From: Wigglesworthia glossinidia endosymbiont of Glossina morsitans morsitans (Yale colony)
GTDB lineage: Bacteria > Pseudomonadota > Gammaproteobacteria > Enterobacterales > Enterobacteriaceae
Length of the DNA stretch: 32,000 nt
Assembly: GCF_000247565.1 (NCBI RefSeq)
Contig: NC_016893.1
Location: 180,001 to 212,000 of the forward strand
Reading direction: 5' to 3'
This document shows positions 20,195 through 29,873 of this stretch, piece by piece. The position numbers and the translations under genes are program-made. Position 1 is the first letter of the stretch; every line of letters begins with the position of its first letter. Below the pieces are notes generated by a model. That model ran no database searches. It worked only from the letters and a program-made list of their open reading frames with translations, and had not been told where the DNA came from.

Positions 20195-20509
20195 TTATTT
20201 AATCAATTTTTTGTTAGATTTAAACATTCGGTATTTTATTCCGTTTTTATTAGTAAATCCAATACGATCTAATTTTTGTGTATCGAAATTAAATATTGCT
20301 AAATTTGATAAAGAAATTGGTTGTTCTTTTTCTATAATTCCACCGGATTGTTGCGTGTTGGGATTAGGTTTTTGATTTTTTTTAACTAAATTGATACCTT
20401 CTACTATTGCTTTTTTAGAATCAATTATTTTTTTAACTTTTCCTTTTTTTCCCTTATATTTTCCGCTTCTCACAATAACTTCGTCATTAATTTTAATTTT
20501 TTTTGCCAT
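20195..20509 (-). CDS. rplX: 50S ribosomal protein L24
   Basis: 104-aa [31 protein letters not shown] shows the KOW motif, as in E. coli L24. Confidence 0.96.
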   Translation of the reverse strand: MAKKIKINDEVIVRSGKYKGKKGKVKKIIDSKKAIVEGINLVKKNQKPNPNTQQSGGIIEKEQPISLSNLAIFNFDTQKLDRIGFTNKNGIKYRMFKSNKKLIK

Positions 20510-20530
20510 ATATAAAAATTTTCCGTTATT

Positions 20531-20902
20531 TTATAATACTTCTGGTGCTAAAGAAATAATTTTCATGAATTTTTCTATTCTTAATTCGCGTGTTACTGGC
20601 CCGAAGATTCTGGTTCCGATCGGTTGTTCAGTAGTATCATTCAGTAAAACGCAAGCATTTCTATCAAATCTTATTACTGAACCGTCTGATCTAACTAGTG
20701 CTTTTCGAGTTCTTACTACTACTGCTTTTAAAACTTCTCCTTTTTTTACTTTTGCACGCGGAATAGCATCTTTTATTGCAATTTTTATAATGTCGGCTAT
20801 TCTTGCATAACGTCGACGAGATCCTCCTAACACTTTAATACACATTACGGAGCGTGCTCCGGAGTTGTCTGCTACTGATAATACAGTCTGTACTTGAATC
20901 AT
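20531..20902 (-). CDS. rplN: 50S ribosomal protein L14
   Basis: 123-aa [36 protein letters not shown] is nearly identical to E. coli L14. A Shine-Dalgarno AAGGTG lies 4 nt upstream. Confidence 0.98.
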   Translation of the reverse strand: MIQVQTVLSVADNSGARSVMCIKVLGGSRRRYARIADIIKIAIKDAIPRAKVKKGEVLKAVVVRTRKALVRSDGSVIRFDRNACVLLNDTTEQPIGTRIFGPVTRELRIEKFMKIISLAPEVL

Positions 20903-20974
20903 TGTACACCTTTGAGAAAATAAGTTATTAAAAAACTTTAACTTAAGTTAAATTTTATATGAATTTAGATATAT

Positions 20975-21229
20975 TTAAACATTTTTTTTATTAATTTTTT
21001 TCAATTTCCATGATTTTGTTTTAGCAATTGGTCTACATGATTGTATTTCAACAATATCTCCAATCTTACTTACGTTGAGTTCGTCATGTACATGTAATTT
21101 TGTGGTTTTTCTTATAAATTTACCGTATATAGGATGGCGCATTAGTTTTTTTACTGATACAACAATAGATTTCTGCATTTTATTTTTTATTACTTGTCCT
21201 TTAAGGATTGAAATATTTTTCTTTTTCAT
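20975..21229 (-). CDS. rpsQ: 30S ribosomal protein S17
   Basis: 84-aa [45 protein letters not shown] follows the S17 pattern. It is the last gene of the S10 operon. Confidence 0.96.
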   Translation of the reverse strand: MKKKNISILKGQVIKNKMQKSIVVSVKKLMRHPIYGKFIRKTTKLHVHDELNVSKIGDIVEIQSCRPIAKTKSWKLKKINKKNV

Positions 21230-21231
21230 TA

Positions 21232-21426
21232 TTATTTTTTTTCCTTTTCTTCATTAAGCAACATTTTTACATGTGCAAGATTACGTCGTACTTCTTTTAA
21301 AAGATGTGTATTTTGCAATTGCCCGCTTCCAGCTTGCATACGTAAATTAAATTGTTCACGCAATAAATTTAATAATTCAGCATTAAGTTCTTTTTTATTT
21401 TTTTTTCTTAGATTTTTTAGATTCAT
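21232..21426 (-). CDS. rpmC: 50S ribosomal protein L29
   Basis: 64-aa [57 protein letters not shown] follows the L29 pattern. Confidence 0.95.
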   Translation of the reverse strand: MNLKNLRKKNKKELNAELLNLLREQFNLRMQAGSGQLQNTHLLKEVRRNLAHVKMLLNEEKEKK

Positions 21427-21836
21427 TACATCACCATTTTTGTAACAAATGTAGTTGTAATGGGAAGTTTTGCTGTTGCTAATTTAAATGCTGATCGTGC
21501 TATTTCTTCCGAAACATCATCTATTTCATACAGTATTTTTCCAGGTTGTACTAAAGCTACCCAATATTCTACATTTCCTTTTCCTTTACCCATACGTACT
21601 TCAAGTGGTTTTTTTGTAATCGGTTTATCTGGAAATACACAAATCCAAATTTTTCCTTGCCTTTTAATTGATCTTGCCATCGCTCTACGTGCAGATTCTA
21701 TTTGACGTGATGTTAATCTTCCACGATCAATAGCTTTCAATCCAAATTTTCCAAAATTAATTTTAGAATTTATTGATAATCCTTTGTTGCGACCTTTTTG
21801 CATTTTTCTAAATTTCGTACGTTTTGGTTGTAACAT
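21426..21836 (-). CDS. rplP: 50S ribosomal protein L16
   Basis: 136-aa [22 protein letters not shown]...[24 protein letters not shown] matches E. coli L16. Confidence 0.98.
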   Translation of the reverse strand: MLQPKRTKFRKMQKGRNKGLSINSKINFGKFGLKAIDRGRLTSRQIESARRAMARSIKRQGKIWICVFPDKPITKKPLEVRMGKGKGNVEYWVALVQPGKILYEIDDVSEEIARSAFKLATAKLPITTTFVTKMVM

Positions 21837-21849
21837 GAAAACATTCCTT

Positions 21850-22551
21850 TTATTTTCTAACTTTTCGATAAATGTTTTTTTTAGATATATTAGGCATTTC
21901 TTGTTTTTTATATGGTGATATGCTACCTAACACTTCTCCTTTAAAAATTGAAACTTTTATACCAATAATTCCATATGTTGTATGCGCTTCAGATGTGCTA
22001 TAATCAATGTTTGCACGAAAAGTGTGTAGGGGCACTCTACCTTCTCTATACCATTCTGTACGAGCAATTTCTGAACCTCCTAATCTACCGCTAACTTCTA
22101 CTTTAATACCTTTTGCGCCTAATCTCATAGCATTTTGAACAGCACGCTTCATTGCTCTACGAAACATAATTCTTCTTTCTAATTGTGATGCAATACTGTC
22201 AGATACTAATTTTGCATCAAGCTCTGGTCTTTTAATTTCAGTAATACTAATTTGTGCTGGAACTCCGGTTATAGTAGAAATTTTTTTTCTAAGTTTTTCT
22301 ACATCTTCTCCTTTTTTTCCGATTACTATTCCAGGTCTTGCTGTATATATATTTACACGAATACTTTTTGCTGGGCGTTCAATAATTAATTTAGATATGG
22401 ATGCTTTTAACAAAGTTTTGTTAAGAAATGTCCGCACTTTAAAGTCGCTAGCTAGGTTTTTTGCAAATTCTTTAGTATTTGCATACCATGTAGAACGCCA
22501 TGATTGAATAATTCCCAATCTAATTCCATTTGGATTAACTTTTTGACCCAT
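21850..22551 (-). CDS. rpsC: 30S ribosomal protein S3
   Basis: 233-aa [17 protein letters not shown]...[15 protein letters not shown]...[23 protein letters not shown] matches E. coli S3. Confidence 0.98.
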   Translation of the reverse strand: MGQKVNPNGIRLGIIQSWRSTWYANTKEFAKNLASDFKVRTFLNKTLLKASISKLIIERPAKSIRVNIYTARPGIVIGKKGEDVEKLRKKISTITGVPAQISITEIKRPELDAKLVSDSIASQLERRIMFRRAMKRAVQNAMRLGAKGIKVEVSGRLGGSEIARTEWYREGRVPLHTFRANIDYSTSEAHTTYGIIGIKVSIFKGEVLGSISPYKKQEMPNISKKNIYRKVRK

Positions 22552-22563
22552 AAGTATAATCTC

Positions 22564-22902
22564 CTAAACTTTTTTTTCAGATAAAGCGATTGTAATATGA
22601 CTGGTACGTTTTAAAATTCTGTCTGAACGACCCTTAGCACGTGGCATAACGCGTTTCATACTAGGACCAACATTAACGTATATTTTTTTTATTTTTAAAT
22701 TTTTTATATTTATACCTTCGTTATGTTCCGCATTTGCAATAGCAGATTTTAATACTTTTTTTATCAAATTAGCTGATTTTTTTTTAGAAAATTTTAGTAT
22801 TTTTAAAGCTTTCGAGGCATCGTTTCCTCGAATTAAATTGGCAACTAAGCGTATTTTTTGTGCTGAAGATCTAGCATAACGATGATGAGAATATACTTCC
22901 AT
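22564..22902 (-). CDS. rplV: 50S ribosomal protein L22
   Basis: 112-aa [23 protein letters not shown]...[27 protein letters not shown] matches E. coli L22. Confidence 0.97.
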   Translation of the reverse strand: MEVYSHHRYARSSAQKIRLVANLIRGNDASKALKILKFSKKKSANLIKKVLKSAIANAEHNEGINIKNLKIKKIYVNVGPSMKRVMPRAKGRSDRILKRTSHITIALSEKKV

Positions 22903-22912
22903 AGATAGCTCC

Positions 22913-23191
22913 TTAGCGCTTTTTTATTTTTTTATCAGCAGAATGCCCACGATAAGTTCTAGTCGGTACAAATTCGCCTAATTTATGTCCTACCATTTCT
23001 TCTCCTATGAAAATAGGGACGTGTTGTTTGCCGTTATGAACTGCAATTGTCATTCCGATCATAGATGGAAATATAGTAGAACGCCGTGACCATGTGCGAA
23101 TCGGATTTTTTTTTTCAGATGTTTGCATTTTTTCTATTTTCTTTAATAAATGAAAATCTATAAATGGTCCTTTTTTTAAAGAACGAGGCAT
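22913..23191 (-). CDS. rpsS: 30S ribosomal protein S19
   Basis: The true start is ATG 23191 ([20 protein letters not shown]...), giving 92 aa as in E. coli S19. The ORF-track start at 23344 would add 51 non-homologous residues that overlap the 3' end of rplB. Confidence 0.95.
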   Translation of the reverse strand: MPRSLKKGPFIDFHLLKKIEKMQTSEKKNPIRTWSRRSTIFPSMIGMTIAVHNGKQHVPIFIGEEMVGHKLGEFVPTRTYRGHSADKKIKKR

Positions 23192-23207
23192 ATTTATTAA
23201 ATCCTTG

Positions 23208-24038
23208 TTATTGTTTTTTTGATTTTCTATGATGCAATATGTATTGCTCGGTACGTTTGTTTCTTCTTGTTTTTTTCCCTTTAGTTTGAACTCCCCATGG
23301 AGAGACTGGATGTTTTCCGAAATTTCTTCCTTCTCCTCCACCATGTGGATGATCTACCGGGTTCATAGCTGTTCCTCGAACAGTTGGTCTAATACCTCTC
23401 CAACGTTTTGCTCCTGCTTTTCCGAGAGAAATTAGCATATGTTTATCATTTCCGACTTCTCCGAATGTTGCTCTGCATTTATTGAAAACTTTACGTGTTT
23501 CACCTGATCTTAATCGAATAATAACATAATTTTTTTCGTGCGTAATAATCTGCACATATGATCCTGCTGATCGCGCTATCTGTCCGCCTTTACCTAATTT
23601 TAATTCTACATTGTGTACAATTGATCCTGCTGGAAATAATTTCATTGGTAATGCGTTTCCGATCTTTATTGGTGCATTTATACCGGATTGAACTTTATCC
23701 CCAATATGAAGATCTTTTGCTGCAAGAATATATTTTTTTTCTCCATCTTGATATACAACAAGAGCTATATGTGACGATCGATTTGGATCGTACTCTAATC
23801 GTGCTACTTTTCCAACAATGTTATCTTTAGTACGTTTGAAATCAATTATTCGATATTTTTTTTTATGACCTCCTCCGATGTGTCTTGTAGTAATATGTCC
23901 TTGATTGTTTCGGCCTCCAGATTTATTTAATTTTTTAGTTAATTTAGATATTGATTTACCTTTATATAAATTTGAATTTACTATTTTTACAGTGTGTCGA
24001 CGACTGGGAGTGGTGGGCTTACATTTATTTAATGTCAT
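23208..24038 (-). CDS. rplB: 50S ribosomal protein L2
   Basis: 276-aa [20 protein letters not shown]...[15 protein letters not shown]...[14 protein letters not shown] matches E. coli L2. Confidence 0.98.
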   Translation of the reverse strand: MTLNKCKPTTPSRRHTVKIVNSNLYKGKSISKLTKKLNKSGGRNNQGHITTRHIGGGHKKKYRIIDFKRTKDNIVGKVARLEYDPNRSSHIALVVYQDGEKKYILAAKDLHIGDKVQSGINAPIKIGNALPMKLFPAGSIVHNVELKLGKGGQIARSAGSYVQIITHEKNYVIIRLRSGETRKVFNKCRATFGEVGNDKHMLISLGKAGAKRWRGIRPTVRGTAMNPVDHPHGGGEGRNFGKHPVSPWGVQTKGKKTRRNKRTEQYILHHRKSKKQ

Positions 24039-24053
24039 TAAAATATACCAAGT

Positions 24054-24356
24054 TTATTCGATATTTTTCATAGTTTTAATATTTTGATTTTTTTCAAAAA
24101 TTATATAAGCTTTTTTCCAATTTTTTCTTTTACCAGAAAAATTTTTATATTTTTTTTGTTTACCTTTAATTGTTAATGTCTTAACAGATTTTGGTTGTAT
24201 ATTAAAAATTTTTTTAATAGAATCTCTTATTTCTGATTTTTTTGCATTTTTTAATACTTTAAAAGTAACAATATTATACTTTTCAGAAAGTATTGATGAT
24301 TTTTCTGAAGAATATGAAGATTTTAGTATTTTGAGAATACGTTCTTGATAATTCAT
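24054..24356 (-). CDS. rplW: 50S ribosomal protein L23
   Basis: 100-aa ORF with the L23 pattern (SEKSSILSEKYNIVTFKVLKNAKKSEIRDSIKKIFNI...WKKAYI). Its start forms an ATGA overlap with the rplD stop. Confidence 0.94.
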   Translation of the reverse strand: MNYQERILKILKSSYSSEKSSILSEKYNIVTFKVLKNAKKSEIRDSIKKIFNIQPKSVKTLTIKGKQKKYKNFSGKRKNWKKAYIIFEKNQNIKTMKNIE

Positions 24357-24958
24357 GTTAGCATTGCCTCAAATTTTTTTACAGCATCTTCTGTAATAAG
24401 AACTTTTTTATGTGTAATTAAGTTAATGAGATTTAATTTTATTGGATCAGAAACATTTATTTTATGTAAGTTACGTGAAGCTAAAATCAAATTTTTATCT
24501 ATTTTATCAGATATAATTAAAACATTTTTTAATCCCATATACTGCAATTTTTTTGATAAATTTTTTGTTTTTTCAGATTCTACAAAAAAATTTTTTACTA
24601 ATATTAGTCTATTTTGTCTTAATAATTCTGACAATATACTTTTTAAAGCGCTTTGATACATTTTTTTATTAATTTTTTGTTTATAGCTTCTTGTTTTTTT
24701 TGCAAATGTAACTCCTCCGGATCTCCAAATTGGACTTTTTGTACTTCCTGCTCTTGCTCGACCAGTTCCTTTTTGACGCCAAGGTTTTTTTCCAGAACCA
24801 GTTATATCGGATCGACTTTTTTGTACACTGGTACCTTGACGTTGAGTATTTTGAGAAGAATTAATTACTTGATGTATAAGTGGTTCATTAAATTTAAGTC
24901 CAAATATTTTTTCGGAAAGATTAATTTTTTCTTTTGTGTCTACGCATATGATCTCCAT
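24353..24958 (-). CDS. rplD: 50S ribosomal protein L4
   Basis: 201-aa ORF. RQGTSVQKSRSDITGSGKKPWRQKGTGRARAGSTKSPIWRSGGVTF matches E. coli L4. Confidence 0.97.
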   Translation of the reverse strand: MEIICVDTKEKINLSEKIFGLKFNEPLIHQVINSSQNTQRQGTSVQKSRSDITGSGKKPWRQKGTGRARAGSTKSPIWRSGGVTFAKKTRSYKQKINKKMYQSALKSILSELLRQNRLILVKNFFVESEKTKNLSKKLQYMGLKNVLIISDKIDKNLILASRNLHKINVSDPIKLNLINLITHKKVLITEDAVKKFEAMLT

Positions 24959-24975
24959 TACATAATCCTTTGATC

Positions 24976-25632
24976 CTACAATTTAATATCATGATCATTC
25001 GAAAAATATTTTACAGCTGGTTTAATAATTAAATCTGACTTATTAAAACCAGGAACAGATCCTCTAACTAATAATAATTCATTTTTTACGTCTATTTTTA
25101 TGATAACTATGTTTTGAATTGTAATTTTATTACATCCAAGTTGTCCGGACATTTTTTTGCCTTTAAATACTTTTCCTGGTGTTTGATTTTGTCCGATAGA
25201 TCCTGGAGCTCTATGAGACAAAGAATTTCCATGAGAAGCGTCTTGTCCGCTAAAGTTCCATCGCTTCATTGTACCAGAGAATCCTTTACCTTTAGATATA
25301 CCTGTAATGTCAACTTTTTTTGTTTTGTTTAAATTTTCTATAGAAAATTTTTGTCCTACATGTAAGTCATGATTTTTATTTATTCGAAATTCCCACAATC
25401 CTCTCCCTAAAGATATATTCGCCTTTTTAAAATGACCGATAATTGATTTATTAATATTTTTAGAATTTTTTATTCCTGTAGTAATCTGAATCGCTGAATA
25501 TTTGTCATTTTGCATGTTTTTGATTTGTACTATTCGATTTTCATGAATTTGAATTACTGTTACTGGAATGATTTGACCCTGCGCATTAAATATTTGAGTC
25601 ATACCTATTTTACGTCCAACTAGACCGTACAT
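24976..25632 (-). CDS. rplC: 50S ribosomal protein L3
   Basis: 218-aa [16 protein letters not shown]...[54 protein letters not shown] matches E. coli L3. Confidence 0.98.
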   Translation of the reverse strand: MYGLVGRKIGMTQIFNAQGQIIPVTVIQIHENRIVQIKNMQNDKYSAIQITTGIKNSKNINKSIIGHFKKANISLGRGLWEFRINKNHDLHVGQKFSIENLNKTKKVDITGISKGKGFSGTMKRWNFSGQDASHGNSLSHRAPGSIGQNQTPGKVFKGKKMSGQLGCNKITIQNIVIIKIDVKNELLLVRGSVPGFNKSDLIIKPAVKYFSNDHDIKL

Positions 25633-25665
25633 ATTGAATTATCCTTTGTAATTTTAATATTTTAT

Positions 25666-26067
<402 letters not shown>

Positions 26068-26074
26068 TTATAAA

Positions 26075-26099
26075 ATGTTAATTTTATCAAAATTAACAT
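26075..26099 (-). terminator. candidate leader hairpin (11-bp stem, 3-nt loop) in the putative S10-operon leader; possible attenuator
   Basis: The minus-strand RNA would be AUGUUAAUUUU-GAU-AAAAUUAACAU followed by UUUAUAAAAAUCGUUUUUU, about 100 nt upstream of the rpsJ ATG. There is only one G-C pair and a short U tract. AT-only inverted repeats arise easily by chance in this composition. Confidence 0.2.
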
Positions 26100-26145
26100 G
26101 TATTTAATGCAAAAAGTTAGTTAATCAAAATATAAAAATTTTATT

Positions 26146-26174
26146 TTTATAATTAAATGTAACTGCAATCTCAA
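26146..26174 (-). promoter_or_regulatory. candidate sigma-70 promoter for the S10 operon
   Basis: The minus strand reads TTGAGA (26174..26169), a 17-nt spacer, then TATAAA (26151..26146). This would give a leader of about 160 nt, similar in length to the E. coli S10 leader. -10-like hexamers are very common in this AT-rich DNA, so support is weak. Confidence 0.25.
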
Positions 26175-26604
26175 TAAGAATCAAGATCTATTTAAAGATT
26201 TTATTTTTTTGTTTACTAAGTAAAAATTTATTTATTTTTTTAATTAAAAGATGTCTTTTTTTGTTACAATATCAATTGTTATTTATTAATCTATTATTTA
26301 ATATTGTTTTAAATAAATTTTACATTATGATACCTTTATTTCATTAAAGTATTTATTAAATTTTTTGTAAAATATAAAATAAACAAAAAATTTCATTTTT
26401 TTTAATAAGTTTTTACATAAAATTAATAAAAATTAAAACATTTTACCTTGTGTTTCTATACGTATAAGTATTTGTACGATAAAATTTTATGCAATAAAAA
26501 ATTTAATTTTTTAAGCGACAGTCAATTCGATTTTTTATGTAATTAAGTATATAATGAATAATTATTTAATACTTTATATATTTTATAGTACTTGAGATAT
26601 TTTT

Positions 26605-27036
26605 ATGCAAAAATTGATTTATTTCATAGAACATCATACTATACTTTTTTTAGTCTGGCTATCCTTTCTTATCTTATTATTATTCAATTTTATACAAAAC
26701 AAAATAAATAAAATGCATGTAATATCCAAACATTCCGCTATTACTTTAATGAATCGTCGTCATGCAATTGTAATTGATTTAAGAAATCCAGAAGACTATT
26801 CTAATGGACATATTATAAATAGTTTAAATTTAAATTTTGATCATATTAAAACAAAAATTCTTGATAAAAAAAATAGTAGCAAAAAAACATTAATTTTAGT
26901 TTGTGAAAATGGAAAACTATCAAAAAAAATTTTCAAAAAAATTAACAAAATTCTTCAATCAAAAAATTTTAAAATATACATTTTAGAAGATGGTATAAAT
27001 GGATGGAAATTAGATAATTTACCGTTAATAAAATAA
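26605..27036 (+). CDS. yibN: rhodanese-domain inner-membrane protein YibN
   Basis: 143-aa ORF with an N-terminal TM (ILFLVWLSFLILLLFNFI). The rhodanese fold pattern (AIVIDLRNPEDYSNGHIINSLNL ... LILVCENGKLS ... ILEDGINGWKLDNLPL) is colinear with E. coli YibN. It lies upstream of grxC, as in E. coli. Confidence 0.85.
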   Translation: MQKLIYFIEHHTILFLVWLSFLILLLFNFIQNKINKMHVISKHSAITLMNRRHAIVIDLRNPEDYSNGHIINSLNLNFDHIKTKILDKKNSSKKTLILVCENGKLSKKIFKKINKILQSKNFKIYILEDGINGWKLDNLPLIK

Positions 27037-27061
27037 TAAAATGATACGAGATATTTAAATT

Positions 27062-27304
27062 ATGTATATAGCTCAAATATATTTAAAACACTCCTGTCCT
27101 TATTGTAAGGAAGCTAAATTACTTTTAAAAAAACATAATATTTTTTATAAAGAAATTGATATTGAATTAAACAAAATTTATCTATTAGAAATGATTAAAA
27201 AAAGTAATCGAAAAACTGTTCCTCAAATTTTTATTAATAAAAAACATATTGGAGGTTATGATGATTTATGTATTCTTTTAAAAGAAAACAATTTATTTAA
27301 ATAA
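27062..27304 (+). CDS. grxC: glutaredoxin 3
   Basis: 80-aa ORF with the CPYC active site (KHSCPYCKEAK). RKTVPQIFINKKHIGGYDDL is nearly identical to E. coli Grx3. Confidence 0.95.
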   Translation: MYIAQIYLKHSCPYCKEAKLLLKKHNIFYKEIDIELNKIYLLEMIKKSNRKTVPQIFINKKHIGGYDDLCILLKENNLFK

Positions 27305-27484
27305 ATTATAATTACTAAATTTCAACTATAGAATGTCGTAATTTTTTCTATATAAAAATTTTATCTAAAATTATTTAATAAACAAATATAATATATCTAT
27401 AAGAAAATTATACAATAAAAATGTGTATTTAAATAATATAAATTAAAAATTTTACTTAATTTTTTGATATAAAAGGAATAAATT

Positions 27485-28486
27485 TTGAGTAATTGTGCAA
27501 TTACTGTTATCGGATCTGGAGCATATGGAACAGCTTTAGCAATTATTTTGTCTAAAAATAAAAATACAGTTTTTTTATGGGGTAGAAATCAAAAACATAT
27601 GCAATCTTTAAAATTAAACCGTTGTAATAAAAAATTTCTACCTAAAATATTTTTTCCTCCGACATTAAATATTATATTTTCATTAAAACATGCTCTGTTA
27701 TCGAGCGATACAATTTTAATTGCAGTACCGAGTAGTGCCTTTAAAGATACTTTAATTAAAATAAAACCATTTCTGCGTATCAACGCATGCGTAATTTGGG
27801 GAACAAAAGGTTTAGAACCAAAAACAGGTAGATTGTTGCAAGAAGTAGCTCAAGAAATTTTAGGAAAAAAAATTTGCTTATCTGTGATATCAGGACCAAC
27901 GTTTGCATATTATTTAGCTATTGGATTACCTACAGCGATGGTTTTAGCCAGCAATTGTGAAAAAAAATGTAAAAATTTAATTAGTAAATTAAATTGTAAT
28001 AAACATTTAAAAATATGCAGCAGCTCCGATTTAATTGGAGTTCAGTTAGGAGGAGTGATTAAAAATGTTATTGCTATTGCATCAGGAATGTCAGATGGTA
28101 TTGGAATGGGACCAAATGCAAGAACTGCATTAATTACTCAAGGATTATTAGAAATGTCTAATTTAGGAAAAATAATGGGTGCCCAAAAATGTACGTTTAT
28201 GGGTATGTCTGGAGTAGGTGATTTAATACTTACTTGCACAGAAAATCAATCACGAAACCGTCGTTTTGGTATGCTATTAGCTCAAGGATATACTATAGAA
28301 GCAGCAAAATTAAAAATTGGACAAGTTATAGAAGGATATGAAAACATTCGAGAAATTTTAATGCTATCTTCTAGATATAGCATAGAAATGCCTATTGTAG
28401 AACAAGTTTATCAAGTATTATATTTAAATAAAACAGTAAAAAAATCAGCTTTAAAGTTACTTTCAAGAATTAGAGTATATAAATAG
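27485..28486 (+). CDS. gpsA: NAD(P)H-dependent glycerol-3-phosphate dehydrogenase (TTG start)
   Basis: 333-aa ORF. ITVIGSGAYGTALA (Rossmann fold), GVQLGGVIKNVIAIASGMSDG and LTCTENQSRNRRFG are colinear with E. coli GpsA. It has a TTG start with AGGA 7 nt upstream. Confidence 0.96.
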   Translation: MSNCAITVIGSGAYGTALAIILSKNKNTVFLWGRNQKHMQSLKLNRCNKKFLPKIFFPPTLNIIFSLKHALLSSDTILIAVPSSAFKDTLIKIKPFLRINACVIWGTKGLEPKTGRLLQEVAQEILGKKICLSVISGPTFAYYLAIGLPTAMVLASNCEKKCKNLISKLNCNKHLKICSSSDLIGVQLGGVIKNVIAIASGMSDGIGMGPNARTALITQGLLEMSNLGKIMGAQKCTFMGMSGVGDLILTCTENQSRNRRFGMLLAQGYTIEAAKLKIGQVIEGYENIREILMLSSRYSIEMPIVEQVYQVLYLNKTVKKSALKLLSRIRVYK

Positions 28487-28550
28487 AATTGCATTTAAAT
28501 TAATAATTTTAAAAATTAGACATAAAGTTCTTAAGCAGATTGTTTTTTAA

Positions 28551-29525
28551 TTAAAGATTATGTTTCAGAGTTTTTTTATGTATTGTTGGGATAGAAATAA
28601 TTAATCTTAATCCTTTCAAAGGACCTTTGTCAATTTGAATATTTCCATTATGTTGAAGAATAACTTTTTTTGAAATTGTTAATCCTAAACCTATACCTCT
28701 ATTTTCAGAACGATTATTATCAATTGTGTAGAAAGGCTGAAAAACTTTTTCTCGTATATTTTTTTTAATTCCCGGACCATCATCGTCTACGATAATAACA
28801 ACCTGACTGTTTCGCATATAAAAAGCAACAGAGACTTTTTTATTAGAATATTCTATTGCATTTCTAATAATATTTTCTAGTGCACTTTCTAATGCATCTA
28901 AATCTCCTATTATATAACCTTGTTTAGGCAAAGAAATAATTTTTAAAATTTTTCCTTGTTTATCCGCTTCAAATTGCGAATTTACTAAAACATTATTCCA
29001 TAATGTACAAAGTTGTAATAAATTTTTAGAATTTTCTATTTGAATATGATTTCTTGATAAAATAAACAAATTTTTAATTATGTAGTCTAATCTATTTATT
29101 TCAATTTCAATGCGAGATGCTTCGAATACATCTCCGTATCGTCTTCTTATTAATGCTGTAATTAATTTTAATCGTGTCAGAGGTATACATAGCTCGTGCG
29201 AGATATCAGATAATAAGCATTTTTGCATATTTTCAGTGCAATCTAATGCATATATCATATTGTTAAATTTAATACCAATAGATAATATTGATTTTGGTCC
29301 ACGTTCTAATTCTGGAAATTTTTTACGATTACCTTTTGCAACTAAATTGATAGCATATTTAAATTTTTTTGTTATCTTAGATAAATTCCAATATATCCAG
29401 AATATTACAAGAACGTGTACTGCAATAATAAAAATAAAAAATTCAGTTGGATAATTTAAGATTAAATTAAAAAAGTTTGAAGAAATACTTTTAGTATTAA
29501 TAAAATATATTTGATTTTTTTGCAT
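28551..29525 (-). CDS. cpxA: sensor histidine kinase CpxA, N-terminally truncated (TM2-HAMP-DHp-CA only)
   Basis: 324-aa ORF. It has one TM (FFIFIIAVHVLVIFWIYWNL), a HAMP region (FPELERGPKSILSIGIKFNNMIYAL, compare E. coli HPELEAGPQEFLAAGASFNQMVTAL) and the H-box LLSDISHELCIPLTRL. It also has the N-box LESALENIIRNAIEYS, G1 DDDGPGI and G2 GIGLGL. It is colinear with E. coli CpxA from about residue 138 onward. Confidence 0.9.
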   Translation of the reverse strand: MQKNQIYFINTKSISSNFFNLILNYPTEFFIFIIAVHVLVIFWIYWNLSKITKKFKYAINLVAKGNRKKFPELERGPKSILSIGIKFNNMIYALDCTENMQKCLLSDISHELCIPLTRLKLITALIRRRYGDVFEASRIEIEINRLDYIIKNLFILSRNHIQIENSKNLLQLCTLWNNVLVNSQFEADKQGKILKIISLPKQGYIIGDLDALESALENIIRNAIEYSNKKVSVAFYMRNSQVVIIVDDDGPGIKKNIREKVFQPFYTIDNNRSENRGIGLGLTISKKVILQHNGNIQIDKGPLKGLRLIISIPTIHKKTLKHNL

Positions 29526-29873
29526 ATCATGTATTATATATACAAAATTAGATTTAATTCTACAATTTAAGTTATTTTTTGATATATAAATGTAAATTAT
29601 ACTTACAATATAACATTTAATTATGTTTATACTATAATAGTATACTTTTTTATATAAAATAAAAAAATAATTTTGTGCATAATATTTTTTATAATATTAA
29701 ATATTTTTTTTAAAAAATTTTGAATTTCTCATAAAAATGTATGCGAAAAAATTTATAAAAATAATTTATAAAAATCTAAAACTTCTAATAAATTTTACAT
29801 TTTAAGTATTAACTTAAATTTATCATTTTATAACATAAATAACATATATAAACAAAAAATTAAACATGATTAA
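29526..29873 (-). pseudogene. cpxA: eroded 5' portion of cpxA (TM1 and periplasmic sensor region), in frame with the downstream cpxA ORF but interrupted by six stop codons
   Basis: In the same frame as cpxA, an ATG at 29867..29865 lies 6 nt after the cpxR stop. It opens MFNFLFIYVIYVIK and then TGA. Further in-frame stops occur at 29820, 29814, 29802, 29766 and 29697. A hydrophobic relic IIFINFFAYIF lies around 29733..29765, and the last 57 codons (29526..29696) are stop-free. Confidence 0.55.

Noticed and set aside
20937-20952. Perfect 16-bp palindrome tttaacttaagttaaa in the rpsQ-rplN spacer, followed on the minus strand by GTTTTTT. It could be a weak S10-operon terminator or an operator.
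   Set aside because: The stem would be only 6 bp with one G-C pair around a TTAA loop. AT-rich palindromes are common here. It is not strong enough to call without transcript-end data.
23192-23344. 51-codon N-terminal extension of the rpsS ORF that overlaps the 3' end of rplB
   Set aside because: E. coli S19 begins [10 protein letters not shown], which matches the internal ATG at 23191. The extension has no homology and would overlap rplB by 137 nt.
27333-27341. Mini-ORF ATG TCG TAA in the grxC-gpsA gap, reminiscent of the MSE... start of SecB
   Set aside because: Two codons cannot support homology. I noted it only as a curiosity at the position where secB would be.
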